Assembly: GCF_900232105.1 (NCBI RefSeq)
Contig: NZ_LT934425.1
Coordinates: 2,700,001-2,732,000, forward strand
DNA length: 32,000 nt
DNA from: Candidatus Kuenenia stuttgartensis
GTDB taxonomy: Bacteria > Planctomycetota > Brocadiia > Brocadiales > Brocadiaceae
Reading direction: 5' to 3'
Made by a program: the position numbers and the translations under genes. Below, piece after piece: positions 1 through 8,256 of this stretch (the stretch's first letter is position 1; every line of letters begins with the position of its first letter). The notes beneath the pieces were generated by a model. That model was not told where the DNA came from. It did not search any database and worked only from the letters and a program-made list of their open reading frames with translations.

Positions 1-73
1 TTTTGCGCTTTTTTTCATTGTGGACTCGGTGTGCTTTGTGAGTACAATCTTCAAAAAGATATTTTTTGTCTTT

Positions 74-1033
74 TCAGCAAGCAAGCGTTTTCTTCAGTGC
101 AGGATTTTTCAGAGCAAAGTAATCCAGGATGTTTTCTGCAAGGGAATCGGCATTTTCAGGTGAATCTGCCGTGACCCAGTGAATATCGGAGAAACTTCTA
201 AACCAGGTCATTTGCCTTTTTGCTAACCGGCGCGTGCCTTGTTTGATTGCATTGACTGCATCCGGAAGCAAATAATTCCCTTTCAGTAAATCAATAACCT
301 CCTTGTATCCAAGCGCTTGAGAAGCTTGTTTACTTAATCCCAGGGGGTTACTTATCAAAGCTTTCACTTCATCAATAAGACCCCGCGAAAACATATCATC
401 CACGCGCGATTCTATACGCCGGTACAATTCTTTGCGATCATGCATAATCGCAACAACAATGCAATGGTACTTCGGATTTTTATTCCCAAACTGGGTTTGG
501 TAAGAAGAAATGCTTATCCCCGTTTGTTGAAAAACCTCAAGCGCCCTGATTATCCTTCTCTGATCATTGGAGTGTAACCGGCTGGCGGTCTTTGGATCAA
601 TTGTTTCAAGCATATGGTATAAAGACTCTGTTCCTTGTTCTTTTGCGATTGTTTTTAACCGGTTCCGATATTCCCAATTTGCCGGAGGACCGTCAAATAA
701 ACCATCCATGATCGCTTTAAGATAAAGCGCCGTGCCGCCGACAACAATAAAGGGTTTTTCCTGTTCATAAAGATTATTCGTGATGATTTCAAAGTCTTTT
801 ATATAATTTCCCACACTGTATTCTTCCCACGGTTCCCTAATATCTATTAAATAATGGGGAATTTTGGTTCTTGTCTCAGCGCATGGCTTTTCCGTCCCAA
901 TATCCATGCCACGATAAATTAGCATAGAGTCGGCGGAAACAATCTCTGCCCCGGTTTTTTCAGCTATTTTCAGGGCTATTTGCGATTTTCCACTGGCAGT
1001 GGGGCCGGTTAGTATGCAGATTGTATGTGACAT
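74..1033 (-). CDS. miaA: tRNA dimethylallyltransferase (MiaA)
   Basis: The track ORF 74..1057 starts at a TTG. The first ATG (1033) gives MSHTICILTGPTASGKS. It has the P-loop GPTASGKS, SADSMLIYRGMDIGTEKP and RQMTWFR, all typical MiaA motifs, and the length fits the family. Confidence 0.9.
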   Translation of the reverse strand: MSHTICILTGPTASGKSQIALKIAEKTGAEIVSADSMLIYRGMDIGTEKPCAETRTKIPHYLIDIREPWEEYSVGNYIKDFEIITNNLYEQEKPFIVVGGTALYLKAIMDGLFDGPPANWEYRNRLKTIAKEQGTESLYHMLETIDPKTASRLHSNDQRRIIRALEVFQQTGISISSYQTQFGNKNPKYHCIVVAIMHDRKELYRRIESRVDDMFSRGLIDEVKALISNPLGLSKQASQALGYKEVIDLLKGNYLLPDAVNAIKQGTRRLAKRQMTWFRSFSDIHWVTADSPENADSLAENILDYFALKNPALKKTLAC

Positions 1034-1104
1034 AAAATTTTTATTTTCTGTTATCAAAAGCCAGGATGTTTTTATTATATTTTTTAGGGGACAGCCGTAA
1101 CAGC

Positions 1105-1132
1105 ATTATACAAAATGATTTATAATAAGCAA
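1105..1132 (-). promoter_or_regulatory. Possible sigma70 promoter for miaA (extended -10)
   Basis: The minus strand reads TTGCTT (1132-1127), a 16-nt spacer including TG, then TATAAT (1110-1105), about 70 nt upstream of the miaA ATG. This is a pattern match only. Confidence 0.3.
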
Positions 1133-1373
1133 AATAAATGTAATTCCGGCTTGTTCCCAAAATTCGTTCTTCTAGTTCCTACGCCCTGCGTCACATCAAA
1201 GTAAAGGCCATCGAATAATATGAAGCCTGTGCCACCAGACATAAAGCGTCTTGAATTCACACCTCTCCCACGGTAATTAATCAACTTGGGTACTTTCTGA
1301 CAAAAAAAACACTTTAAGAGTTCTGACATTAAGAGCAATAACCGAATAAAGTTGCTACCAAACCCAGCCTAAT

Positions 1374-1907
1374 TTAAAATTCCGTACCCTTTGCCATTTT
1401 TGCATTGTCTGATCCTCTGTTTTTCTTTAACGGGTCAAAAAAATTGTTTGAGGTAATTGCTGCTACATTTTGCATTCCATTTCCCATTACCGTTGCTATT
1501 TTCGAGGTGCAAACCATTTCGCATGCCGGCATGGAGCATAAATTGAGGATGCCGAAGATGATCGCACCACAGAGGATAGTCCCTTTAACAAATCCTAATA
1601 CCGCGCACAATACATTATACCAACCGCCCATTTTCAAATTGTCGACCATGTTTTTGGGAAAATCTGAAATAATTGTGGTTATAAGCGCTGCAAGGCCGAA
1701 CAGGATGAAATAACTCAATACATTGTGCAATGAAACCGAAAACACATTGCAGAAGATGTTGCTTATGACTGCATGGTAAAAAAGCGCCACACAAAAAGAG
1801 AGAAACAAACTACAGATTCTAAGAATTTGGCATATTGGTCCGTCAACAAAGCCAAAAATCACTGAAATACAAAGGACTACAGATAGTATTATATCAATCC
1901 AATTCAT
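1374..1907 (-). CDS. cvpA: CvpA-family (colicin V production-like) integral membrane protein
   Basis: 177 aa with about 4 hydrophobic helices. The N-terminus MNWIDIILSVVLCISVIFGFVDG resembles the CvpA family. Assigned by recall, not by search. Confidence 0.65.
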   Translation of the reverse strand: MNWIDIILSVVLCISVIFGFVDGPICQILRICSLFLSFCVALFYHAVISNIFCNVFSVSLHNVLSYFILFGLAALITTIISDFPKNMVDNLKMGGWYNVLCAVLGFVKGTILCGAIIFGILNLCSMPACEMVCTSKIATVMGNGMQNVAAITSNNFFDPLKKNRGSDNAKMAKGTEF

Positions 1908-1945
1908 TTATAAAAATCCCCTCTGAACTCGCCAAAATGGTATTG

Positions 1946-2851
1946 CTAATTCAAAGCGTTTAAAATTTCCCGGCACATTTTATTATAGGAATACAATGAA
2001 AGGACAAAATGGATTCTGAGGATAATTTCCTCTTTTTTTGCTGTTTCGGGATTTGAACAATACTGTAAATATTGAGCGTGTATAATACTCACCTGTACAT
2101 CCTCCTGAAACGGGTTTGATGCAATGGATTGTTTTAAGGCTTGTTCTGCGGCAGAATAATTTGAAATGAATAAATACATTTCCCCCAGTTTGTTGAGGAT
2201 TATTACTTCCTGCGGATTCAATTCAGAAGCCCGTTTCAGAAGCATGATAGCCTCATTGCTATTCCCTAATTGGGCGTAAAGACTTCCCAGATTAAACATT
2301 GCCTTTACATAATGAGGGTCTTTTCCCAAAACAAGCTCATATTCTCTTATCGCATCGTCAAACATGTCATGTGTATCATAGAGAACTGCCAGGCAGAAAT
2401 GCGGAAAAATGGCATCAGGGTAGCGTGCGATAGTCTTTTTATATTGTTCTATTGCTCCGTTGTAGTTACCTTCCAATTCCAGAATTTTAGCAATATTAAC
2501 CAGCGCCTCAATATTTTCAGGATTTATTGTTAAGGCTTTTTTGTACATTTGTTTTGCGCTGGCAAACCGAAACATTTTTTCATAAACATAGCCAAGATTG
2601 TTAAGTGTTTCTGCGTTATCAGGTTCTAATGAGGCTGCTTTTTGCAGATAATGGAGCGCCTCGCCGTAATCGTTTCTGGCAAGGTAGATAAATCCCAGTT
2701 TTACATAGGCGTCAGTGAAGGCACTATCACTCTTAAGGCTTTGTTTGTAAGCATCTATTGCTTGTTCCGAATTGGGGAAAAGGCGGTCATATTTTTTCCC
2801 TTCCGCAAACAATTTTCGTGCTAATATTTTCTTGTTCATTGTGGTAGACAT
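1946..2851 (-). CDS. Tetratricopeptide-repeat (TPR) protein
   Basis: 301 aa of tandem 34-residue TPR-like units, e.g. AYVKLGFIYLARNDYGEALHYLQKAASLEPDN, AETLNNLGYVYEKMFRFASAKQMYKKALTINPEN, ALVNIAKILELEGNYNGAIEQYKKTI and AMFNLGSLYAQLGNSNEAIMLLKRASELNPQ. Confidence 0.85.
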   Translation of the reverse strand: MSTTMNKKILARKLFAEGKKYDRLFPNSEQAIDAYKQSLKSDSAFTDAYVKLGFIYLARNDYGEALHYLQKAASLEPDNAETLNNLGYVYEKMFRFASAKQMYKKALTINPENIEALVNIAKILELEGNYNGAIEQYKKTIARYPDAIFPHFCLAVLYDTHDMFDDAIREYELVLGKDPHYVKAMFNLGSLYAQLGNSNEAIMLLKRASELNPQEVIILNKLGEMYLFISNYSAAEQALKQSIASNPFQEDVQVSIIHAQYLQYCSNPETAKKEEIILRIHFVLSLYSYNKMCREILNALN

Positions 2852-2970
2852 GATAATAGAGTAGTAAAAAAATTTACCGAAAAGTATGCAGCATACTTGC
2901 TGCCGTACCGGTATGATTTGATAGTATTCAGCAGCATATTAAAATCATTTTGCGGAAAAACCTCCTTTCA

Positions 2971-3020
2971 TCAAAAGAAAAAGACCCGGGGCAGATATTG
3001 GCATCTTACGTCCGGGTCTT
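2971..3020 (-). terminator. Rho-independent terminator-like hairpin (unit A)
   Basis: The 9-bp stem is AAGACCCGG (2981-2989) paired with CCGGGTCTT (3012-3020). On the minus strand it is followed by TTTTTCTTTT (2980-2971). Confidence 0.6.
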
Positions 3021-3169
3021 AGTTACACAATGAGAAGGTAAATACCTTATTATTTAAAGTTCATAGATCGGGTATTGCCGGATTCATTGTTACCGCCGCA
3101 ATACCCGCGATAAAGCATACAAAAGCTATGCAAGATATGTTGTGAACATTAAATAAACTCTTTTACCGA

Positions 3170-3258
3170 CTGAATTTGGCGACCTGGCATTCTTCTTTCC
3201 TGAAGACCCATGGCTTTGCGTCCCAGCCTCACAATTGGTTTGCCTTTTTTCAAATTGT
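3170..3258. repeat. Conserved 89-nt element, copy A (paralog of 5401-5489)
   Basis: Hand alignment to 5401-5489 gives about 78/89 identical positions with no indels. It contains the 12-mer AAGACCCATGGC (3203-3214). Confidence 0.8.
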
Positions 3259-3285
3259 TTTTGTTTTTTGTTACATTATATTTTT

Positions 3286-4666
3286 GCCTCATCCGCAGAA
3301 TCTGTGGGTAAGTATTGGTTCCGGCAAATTACCAAGAGTATGATACAAGGCTGTTTGCAGGCATTCCAGAGATTTATAACCATAAGCCTTTCTCATAGTC
3401 AGTTTCGCCTTAAGGTTAAACCCCTCAACCGTACCGGAAGAAAGTCTGCCATCAGCCTTGAACCAGTTGAGAATGAGCTGCTTGTGATTGCGCAACATCT
3501 TTGCCACTTTTTTCATAGGTTCCAGGTTGGTTTTTAGGGTTCTCGTAATCCAGTTCTCGAGAAACCTGTCTGCATACGCCGGATACTTATACTCCCAAAA
3601 ACGCTGAAAATCTTCACGCATTAAATATGCCTTTATTGAACTCAGGTTGATCTTAACTATCTGGCTTAACCGTACCGTTTGCTTTTCTGTCAAGTTCTCA
3701 GGCCTTTTCAACAGTAACCAACGGCTCTTTTCCAAAACATTGTCTGTGCCTTCATCCTTGAGCTTTTTGACCTCTTCCCTCCGTATCTGGTCTATGGCTT
3801 CATTGAATTTCTTCATGATGTGGAAACGGTCAAGAATATTAAGCGCCTGGGAAGCCTTCTTCGCTATCACCTTCAGGTACGGCGACCACATATCGCTGCA
3901 AACGAATTTGATTCTCAGACAACGTTCTATACCTAACTCCATGAAAAACTTCCGCAGGGTCTTTGCCTTCCGCTCAGGGCCACTCCATAAAAGCCTTTTG
4001 GCATGCGAATCAAGCTGATATACAAGGGTTAAATACTTGTGGCCACTCCAGACTTGTATCTCGTCTATTCCTATTTCCGTTATATTCTCCAAGTCCCTGT
4101 GGGCAAGGCCGTAGGCAACTACAAACTGCACTGCCCTATACACACTGTCCCAACTGGACTTGAATATCTCGGCTGTCTCTTTCCAACTCAGGCGTTTAGC
4201 CCATCGAGACAGGAATACCTTGTATGTGGTGGTCATCTGCTCCTTACCTTCTGACCAGGGAATTCGCTCTACATGGATTCCGTCCACTGGACAGGCGGCG
4301 CGTCGCGGGGAATATCGGAAAAATACTTGAAACCCCCATAATGGCGGATACTCGTATAACCGGGACGGCTGTGTATCATACCCAGACACTCTCTTCCCAC
4401 ATACTGAACATTCAGGCTTGGCATTTACCCTCGGCTTTATATTTGCTACTAATGCCTTTCTACCATTTATGACCTCGAAACTGACTGCTTTGTAAACAAA
4501 TGACTTGAAATTCTCTACCGTATTTAATAATGTCTTTATCTGCATTGCCTCTCCTTTTGGGTTAAGATGCTTTCTTGATAAAAAACATCTTACTCCCTTT
4601 GGGATGGCAATGCACCTTTTCTCTTACTAATCCTTACTTATTACCCACAGATTCTGCGGACGAGCC
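3286..4666 (-). mobile_element. ISL3-family insertion sequence, intact (1381 bp)
   Basis: The terminal inverted repeats are GCCTCATCCGCAGAATCTGTGGGTAA (3286-3311) and the reverse complement of 4641-4666, GGCTCGTCCGCAGAATCTGTGGGTAA (24/26 match). An 8-bp direct duplication ATATTTTT flanks the element at 3278-3285 and 4667-4674. The transposase stop codon lies inside the IR. Confidence 0.9.
3289..4545 (-). CDS. ISL3-family transposase
   Basis: 418 aa. It has an N-terminal zinc-finger-like CSVCG...CPVDG and a DDE_Tnp_ISL3-like body (IGIDEI..., VCSDMWSPY, LDRFHIMK, SSGTVEGFNLKAK). An AAGGAGAGG RBS sits upstream of the ATG at 4545. Confidence 0.9.
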   Translation of the reverse strand: MQIKTLLNTVENFKSFVYKAVSFEVINGRKALVANIKPRVNAKPECSVCGKRVSGYDTQPSRLYEYPPLWGFQVFFRYSPRRAACPVDGIHVERIPWSEGKEQMTTTYKVFLSRWAKRLSWKETAEIFKSSWDSVYRAVQFVVAYGLAHRDLENITEIGIDEIQVWSGHKYLTLVYQLDSHAKRLLWSGPERKAKTLRKFFMELGIERCLRIKFVCSDMWSPYLKVIAKKASQALNILDRFHIMKKFNEAIDQIRREEVKKLKDEGTDNVLEKSRWLLLKRPENLTEKQTVRLSQIVKINLSSIKAYLMREDFQRFWEYKYPAYADRFLENWITRTLKTNLEPMKKVAKMLRNHKQLILNWFKADGRLSSGTVEGFNLKAKLTMRKAYGYKSLECLQTALYHTLGNLPEPILTHRFCG

Positions 4667-4734
4667 ATATTTTTTTACAAGTATGTTTCATCTCCTTATC
4701 TGATAGTTGCAGTTATTGGAAGTAATCGGTAAAC

Positions 4735-4763
4735 AATCGTAACGATTTAGTCTTTTGAAAAAG
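4735..4763 (+). repeat. Solo copy of repeat motif M1 (GTAAC-N-TTTAG-TCTTTTGAAA)
   Basis: AATCGTAACGATTTAGTCTTTTGAAAAAG is the same motif seen at 5076, 5217 (reverse), 8088, 27914 and 28190 (reverse). Confidence 0.7.
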
Positions 4764-5067
4764 TAAAAACGCCGTTCCCAGATTCCGGCTTGAGAACCAG
4801 GGCTGAATCCGCTTGCCTTTGGCAGCGGCTTTGTTCCGTTGTATATGCTAGTCCGGTTGGATTTTAAAAATAAAAAACCAACGGCTTTTGTTTTTACCCA
4901 CCCCTTAGTCCTCTCCGGGAAGGGGATTGCGGGAGGTTCTCCCAAGAGAGGACTTTCCCAATTTCCCTTATTGGCAGAACAAACGTTTACGCTTGTCATC
5001 GCAATGCCAGGCAAGTATGCCAGGTCTACCACAGGGGCAGGGGTGGGGTGGAGGTTGTTTTTTCACC

Positions 5068-5246
5068 AAAAAATCGTAACACTTTAGTCTTTTGAAACTG
5101 GAGATAATTATTTGTAGTGCAACTAGGTTAGTCGCATTGTCTTGAACATATACTATGCCTTATCGCACTGCTTTTTTTTGGTGCGACGAACCTCGTAGCA
5201 CTACATTGTTGTAGTTTTTCAAAAGACTAAAGTGTTACAAAAAATC
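5068..5246. repeat. MITE/REP-like palindromic element (~180 bp) with nested inverted repeats
   Basis: The outer inverted repeat is a perfect 22-mer, GTAACACTTTAGTCTTTTGAAA, at 5076-5097 and reverse-complemented at 5217-5238. An inner imperfect inverted repeat pairs TGTAGTGCAACTAGGTTAGTCGCA (5113-5136) with 5182-5205. There is no ORF. Confidence 0.75.
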
Positions 5247-5290
5247 TGAAACAATTACACACTAAATATCCTTCTCTCCTTCAACCATAA

Positions 5291-5345
5291 AAAAAGACCC
5301 ATGGCAGATTTAATATCTGACGCATGGGCCTTAGCATTTTTTTTA
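5291..5345. terminator. Bidirectional terminator-like hairpin (unit B)
   Basis: The stem AAGACCCATG (5294-5303) pairs with CATGGGCCTT (5323-5332) with one mismatch. It is flanked by an A-run (5288-5295) and a T-run (5337-5344). Confidence 0.55.
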
Positions 5346-5400
5346 CTTTGCAAAAAATAAAATAGCTTTACCTTTTAACAAAGCAAAAGTTCCTTTTACG

Positions 5401-5489
5401 CTAAATCTGGCAACCTGGCATTCTTCTTTAAGAAAGACCCATGGCTTTGTGTCCCAACCTCACGATTGGTTTACCTTTTTTCAAATTGT
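5401..5489. repeat. Conserved 89-nt element, copy B (paralog of 3170-3258)
   Basis: See copy A. It contains AAGACCCATGGC at 5434-5445 and lies 80 nt downstream of the comEC stop on the minus strand. Confidence 0.8.
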
Positions 5490-5568
5490 CTTGTACTTAC
5501 CCGTAGCTTCTATCACAAACAAAAAAGCAAATCAAGCAAAAAACTATAATGCTTTTATTGTCAGGGAA

Positions 5569-8058
5569 TTAATTCCTGTAAACAGAGTACATTATACCAT
5601 TCTTGTTTAGTAAAAATGTTATAGCGCCATCCCGATGTGTTTGAGTTGTTACGACATGGTAATCATTTAATGTATTGGTTGTCATGTGGGACACCGTATT
5701 ATGCTGCGAGTTGATAAAGGCATATGACGGCTGAACCCTATTGATAAACTGCGGCAGGTTTACTGAATAAGAGCCGTGATGCGGTATCTGCACAATGTCT
5801 GACCTGATGGCCTGCTGTTCTGATAAGAGTGTGTTTATCCCTTGCTTTTGAATATCACCACATAAAAGAATGGAATGCCCGGAATATTCAATCTTCACTA
5901 CGCAGGAATTATCATTTGTTGATAAAGAAGATGAAGGGGAAAAAGAGGGATGGAGTATCTTTACCGTTACGGGTTCAAAACCTTTTATCTCTAATCCATG
6001 GGAAAGCGCAGCGGTATGAATATTTTTTTTATGGAGACGTTCGTGTATTATACGGCCTGTTTCCGATTGGAAAAAATATGGTTGTGAATACACTCGTTTT
6101 ACGTTGAATCTTTCGATGATTGAAGGCAAACCGCTCCAGTGATCATTGTGTTCGTGGGATAAAATTACCAGGTCGATTTTTTTGATTTTTTCACTCCATA
6201 AAAAAGGCGCGACGATTTGTTTTCCCACATCATAATTGTGCCATGTACCTGCATCGTACAGGATGTTTTTCCCGTTGGGGAATTGAATAAACAGGGCAGC
6301 GCCATGCCCAACATCTAAGCAGGTCACTTTTAAAGCATGTGGCCTGGATTTTATTATACCGGAGAAGGTGAGAACATTAGCGCTTATCAGCCCCCATAGT
6401 ACAATATGAAGATAGTGTATTGATAAATACGTGCGATAAAGAAGGAAGAAGAGCAGCAAATAATAGACGAAAATCCCTGTTAAAGAAGGCCCAATCACAT
6501 AAAAATGGGAATACGGCAGGAAAGACAACGTTGAAACAATTGATTCCAATGCGATATCAGTGGCAGACGCCAGCCATGCAAAAACCGAAGCGAATGGAGG
6601 AAATATGGTCCCGAAGAATAACAAAACAATCCCGCTGACAATGATAATCCAGAATAAGGGAAACACTATGATGCTTATTACGGATACGTATGGCGTGAAA
6701 AGATGAAAGTAATATGCGGTGAGTGGCAGGGTGGCAATCCACGCTGCCAGAGAGACGCAAAGGAGTTTACGTACATATTTTTTTATAAAAAATAACCTGC
6801 CTCGTTCTTCAGGCGCCTGTAATTTTTCTACAAACAAAGCAGTCTTAAATAACACTGCCTCAATCTTTGGCGCACCATAGACGATGCCCATCGTTGCCAT
6901 GATTGACAACTGAAACCCAATGCTAAAAAGGTCTGATGGATTTTGCAGGAGAATAAATAATATTGCCGTAAAAATACTGCTGGTGATGTCCCATTGCCTA
7001 TGCACCAAATAGCCGCAAAAGAAAACAATGGCCATGATGCCCGCGCGTTGCACCGGTGGGTTAAAGCCCGTTAAAAGTGCATAGAAAATGGTAACGAACA
7101 CTATTATACCTATGGTCGCTGTTTGATTGACGCCCAGGGCACGCAGCGGCAACAGCACGGTAACTATTACTATTCCAACATGAAAACCGCTGATGGCGAT
7201 GAAGTGGATGATCCCTGTTTTTGCAAAAGTATCAATTGTTTCTACCGATAACCCCGCCCTGTTGCCTAATAACATGCTGCTGATTAACGGAGCACTATTA
7301 CTGAAAGCGTGAGTGTAAATGGTGTTGTTTAAGTAATTTCTTAAAGCGTATATAAAACTATAAAACCGGCTGCGGAACGCGGGGTCTGCTATTTTTATGT
7401 TATTTATGTGTAGTATGGTCATTAAGGAATTAATAGACGGTTTTTGCCTCTTTAGATAATTTTCATAGTTAAACTCTCCGGGGTTGCCCGGTGTTTTGGG
7501 AAGATATGCGTGGCCAAGCAATTCCACTCGTTGACCGTAGACTAATTCTTGTAATGTGATGCCTGAAAGTAATTCCTCGTCCTGCAGGTATACGGTAACC
7601 CTGATGTGTCCAAATATTTCTTCCCATCCGGATACGGTTTTCATCTCTTTTGCCTGCAGTATGAAGGATATTTTATGGTGAGATTTTTCACCAAAGGTAT
7701 TTGATTGGCGATTCAGAAATAGTTTATTATGTGCGTTTCCCTCCAAAATAATGGGAGGTTTGACAATTATTCCCCTTACGCGGAGTAAAGATTTTTGCGT
7801 ACCCAGCGCGTGTTCAATGTGATTGCGTGGGATAAAATCATTACGGCAATCGTAGTAGGCAACGGCAAGGATAATGATAAAAATACACAACAATGGCAGC
7901 AGGAATACGCAACTTTTGTTTAAAAATAAGGTGAAAAAACATACTATCCAGAAGAACAGGCATATTCCAAGGGTTATGGAGAGGGGAATTTTTGTCTGAG
8001 ATCCAAGATAAATACCGCAGAGAAATAAAAGTGTAATGGGGATGATAGGTCTTTGCAT
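5569..8058 (-). CDS. comEC: DNA internalization-related competence protein ComEC/Rec2
   Basis: 829 aa with a polytopic membrane N-terminal and central region. The C-terminal domain is a metallo-beta-lactamase fold with HxHxDH (LSHEHNDHWSG) and a later PHHGS motif, the canonical ComEC architecture. Confidence 0.88.
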   Translation of the reverse strand: MQRPIIPITLLFLCGIYLGSQTKIPLSITLGICLFFWIVCFFTLFLNKSCVFLLPLLCIFIIILAVAYYDCRNDFIPRNHIEHALGTQKSLLRVRGIIVKPPIILEGNAHNKLFLNRQSNTFGEKSHHKISFILQAKEMKTVSGWEEIFGHIRVTVYLQDEELLSGITLQELVYGQRVELLGHAYLPKTPGNPGEFNYENYLKRQKPSINSLMTILHINNIKIADPAFRSRFYSFIYALRNYLNNTIYTHAFSNSAPLISSMLLGNRAGLSVETIDTFAKTGIIHFIAISGFHVGIVIVTVLLPLRALGVNQTATIGIIVFVTIFYALLTGFNPPVQRAGIMAIVFFCGYLVHRQWDITSSIFTAILFILLQNPSDLFSIGFQLSIMATMGIVYGAPKIEAVLFKTALFVEKLQAPEERGRLFFIKKYVRKLLCVSLAAWIATLPLTAYYFHLFTPYVSVISIIVFPLFWIIIVSGIVLLFFGTIFPPFASVFAWLASATDIALESIVSTLSFLPYSHFYVIGPSLTGIFVYYLLLFFLLYRTYLSIHYLHIVLWGLISANVLTFSGIIKSRPHALKVTCLDVGHGAALFIQFPNGKNILYDAGTWHNYDVGKQIVAPFLWSEKIKKIDLVILSHEHNDHWSGLPSIIERFNVKRVYSQPYFFQSETGRIIHERLHKKNIHTAALSHGLEIKGFEPVTVKILHPSFSPSSSLSTNDNSCVVKIEYSGHSILLCGDIQKQGINTLLSEQQAIRSDIVQIPHHGSYSVNLPQFINRVQPSYAFINSQHNTVSHMTTNTLNDYHVVTTQTHRDGAITFLLNKNGIMYSVYRN

Positions 8059-8085
8059 ATTTTTGGATAAGGCAGGTTAATAACG

Positions 8086-8110
8086 GTAACACTTTGGTTT
8101 TTTGGGAAAA
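8086..8110 (+). repeat. Solo copy of repeat motif M1
   Basis: GGTAACACTTTGGTTTTTTGGGAAAA lies just upstream of the comEC start. Confidence 0.55.
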
Positions 8111-8256
8111 GTAATTGTTAAATCATTGCGTAAAGCCTTATTTAACGAAAAATGTTAGTTGAATGCTTGATTAATGTCAACGTAATTGGTTATATTTACG
8201 AAGGGTTAAATTGTAACGGTATTGTAGGTATTTCATTTATCGGGGAGGCAATAGCA

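Noticed and set aside
1-18. A possible start of another minus-strand gene (ATG at 18-16, MKKSAK...) running off the left edge, downstream of miaA.
   Set aside because: Only six codons are visible and there is no clear RBS, so the gene cannot be identified. For example, it does not look like an hfq N-terminus.
3146-3285. Reading the conserved 89-nt element as a small basic protein (minus strand, ...KKGKPIVRLGRKAMGLQERRMPGRQIQSVKEFI) joined to the ATG at 4686 once the IS is removed.
   Set aside because: Careful frame counting shows that the ATG frame hits TAA after 8 codons (MKHTCKKI*). The long frame has no ATG and is interrupted by a stop in copy B. Two plus-strand frames are equally open. 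Coding is therefore unproven, and I report the element only as a conserved element.
4688-5032. A 114-aa ORF in the gap between the ISL3 element and unit B. Similar ORFs occur at 9324-9560, 9475-9690, 22474-22662, 23040-23228, 23219-23443 and 28091-28276.
   Set aside because: They are translations of palindromic or GC-rich repeat elements (peptides such as PAGGGAGGG, RDRFETC, HCEGLFRSNQ). The same DNA recurs in both orientations, which is incompatible with a conserved protein.
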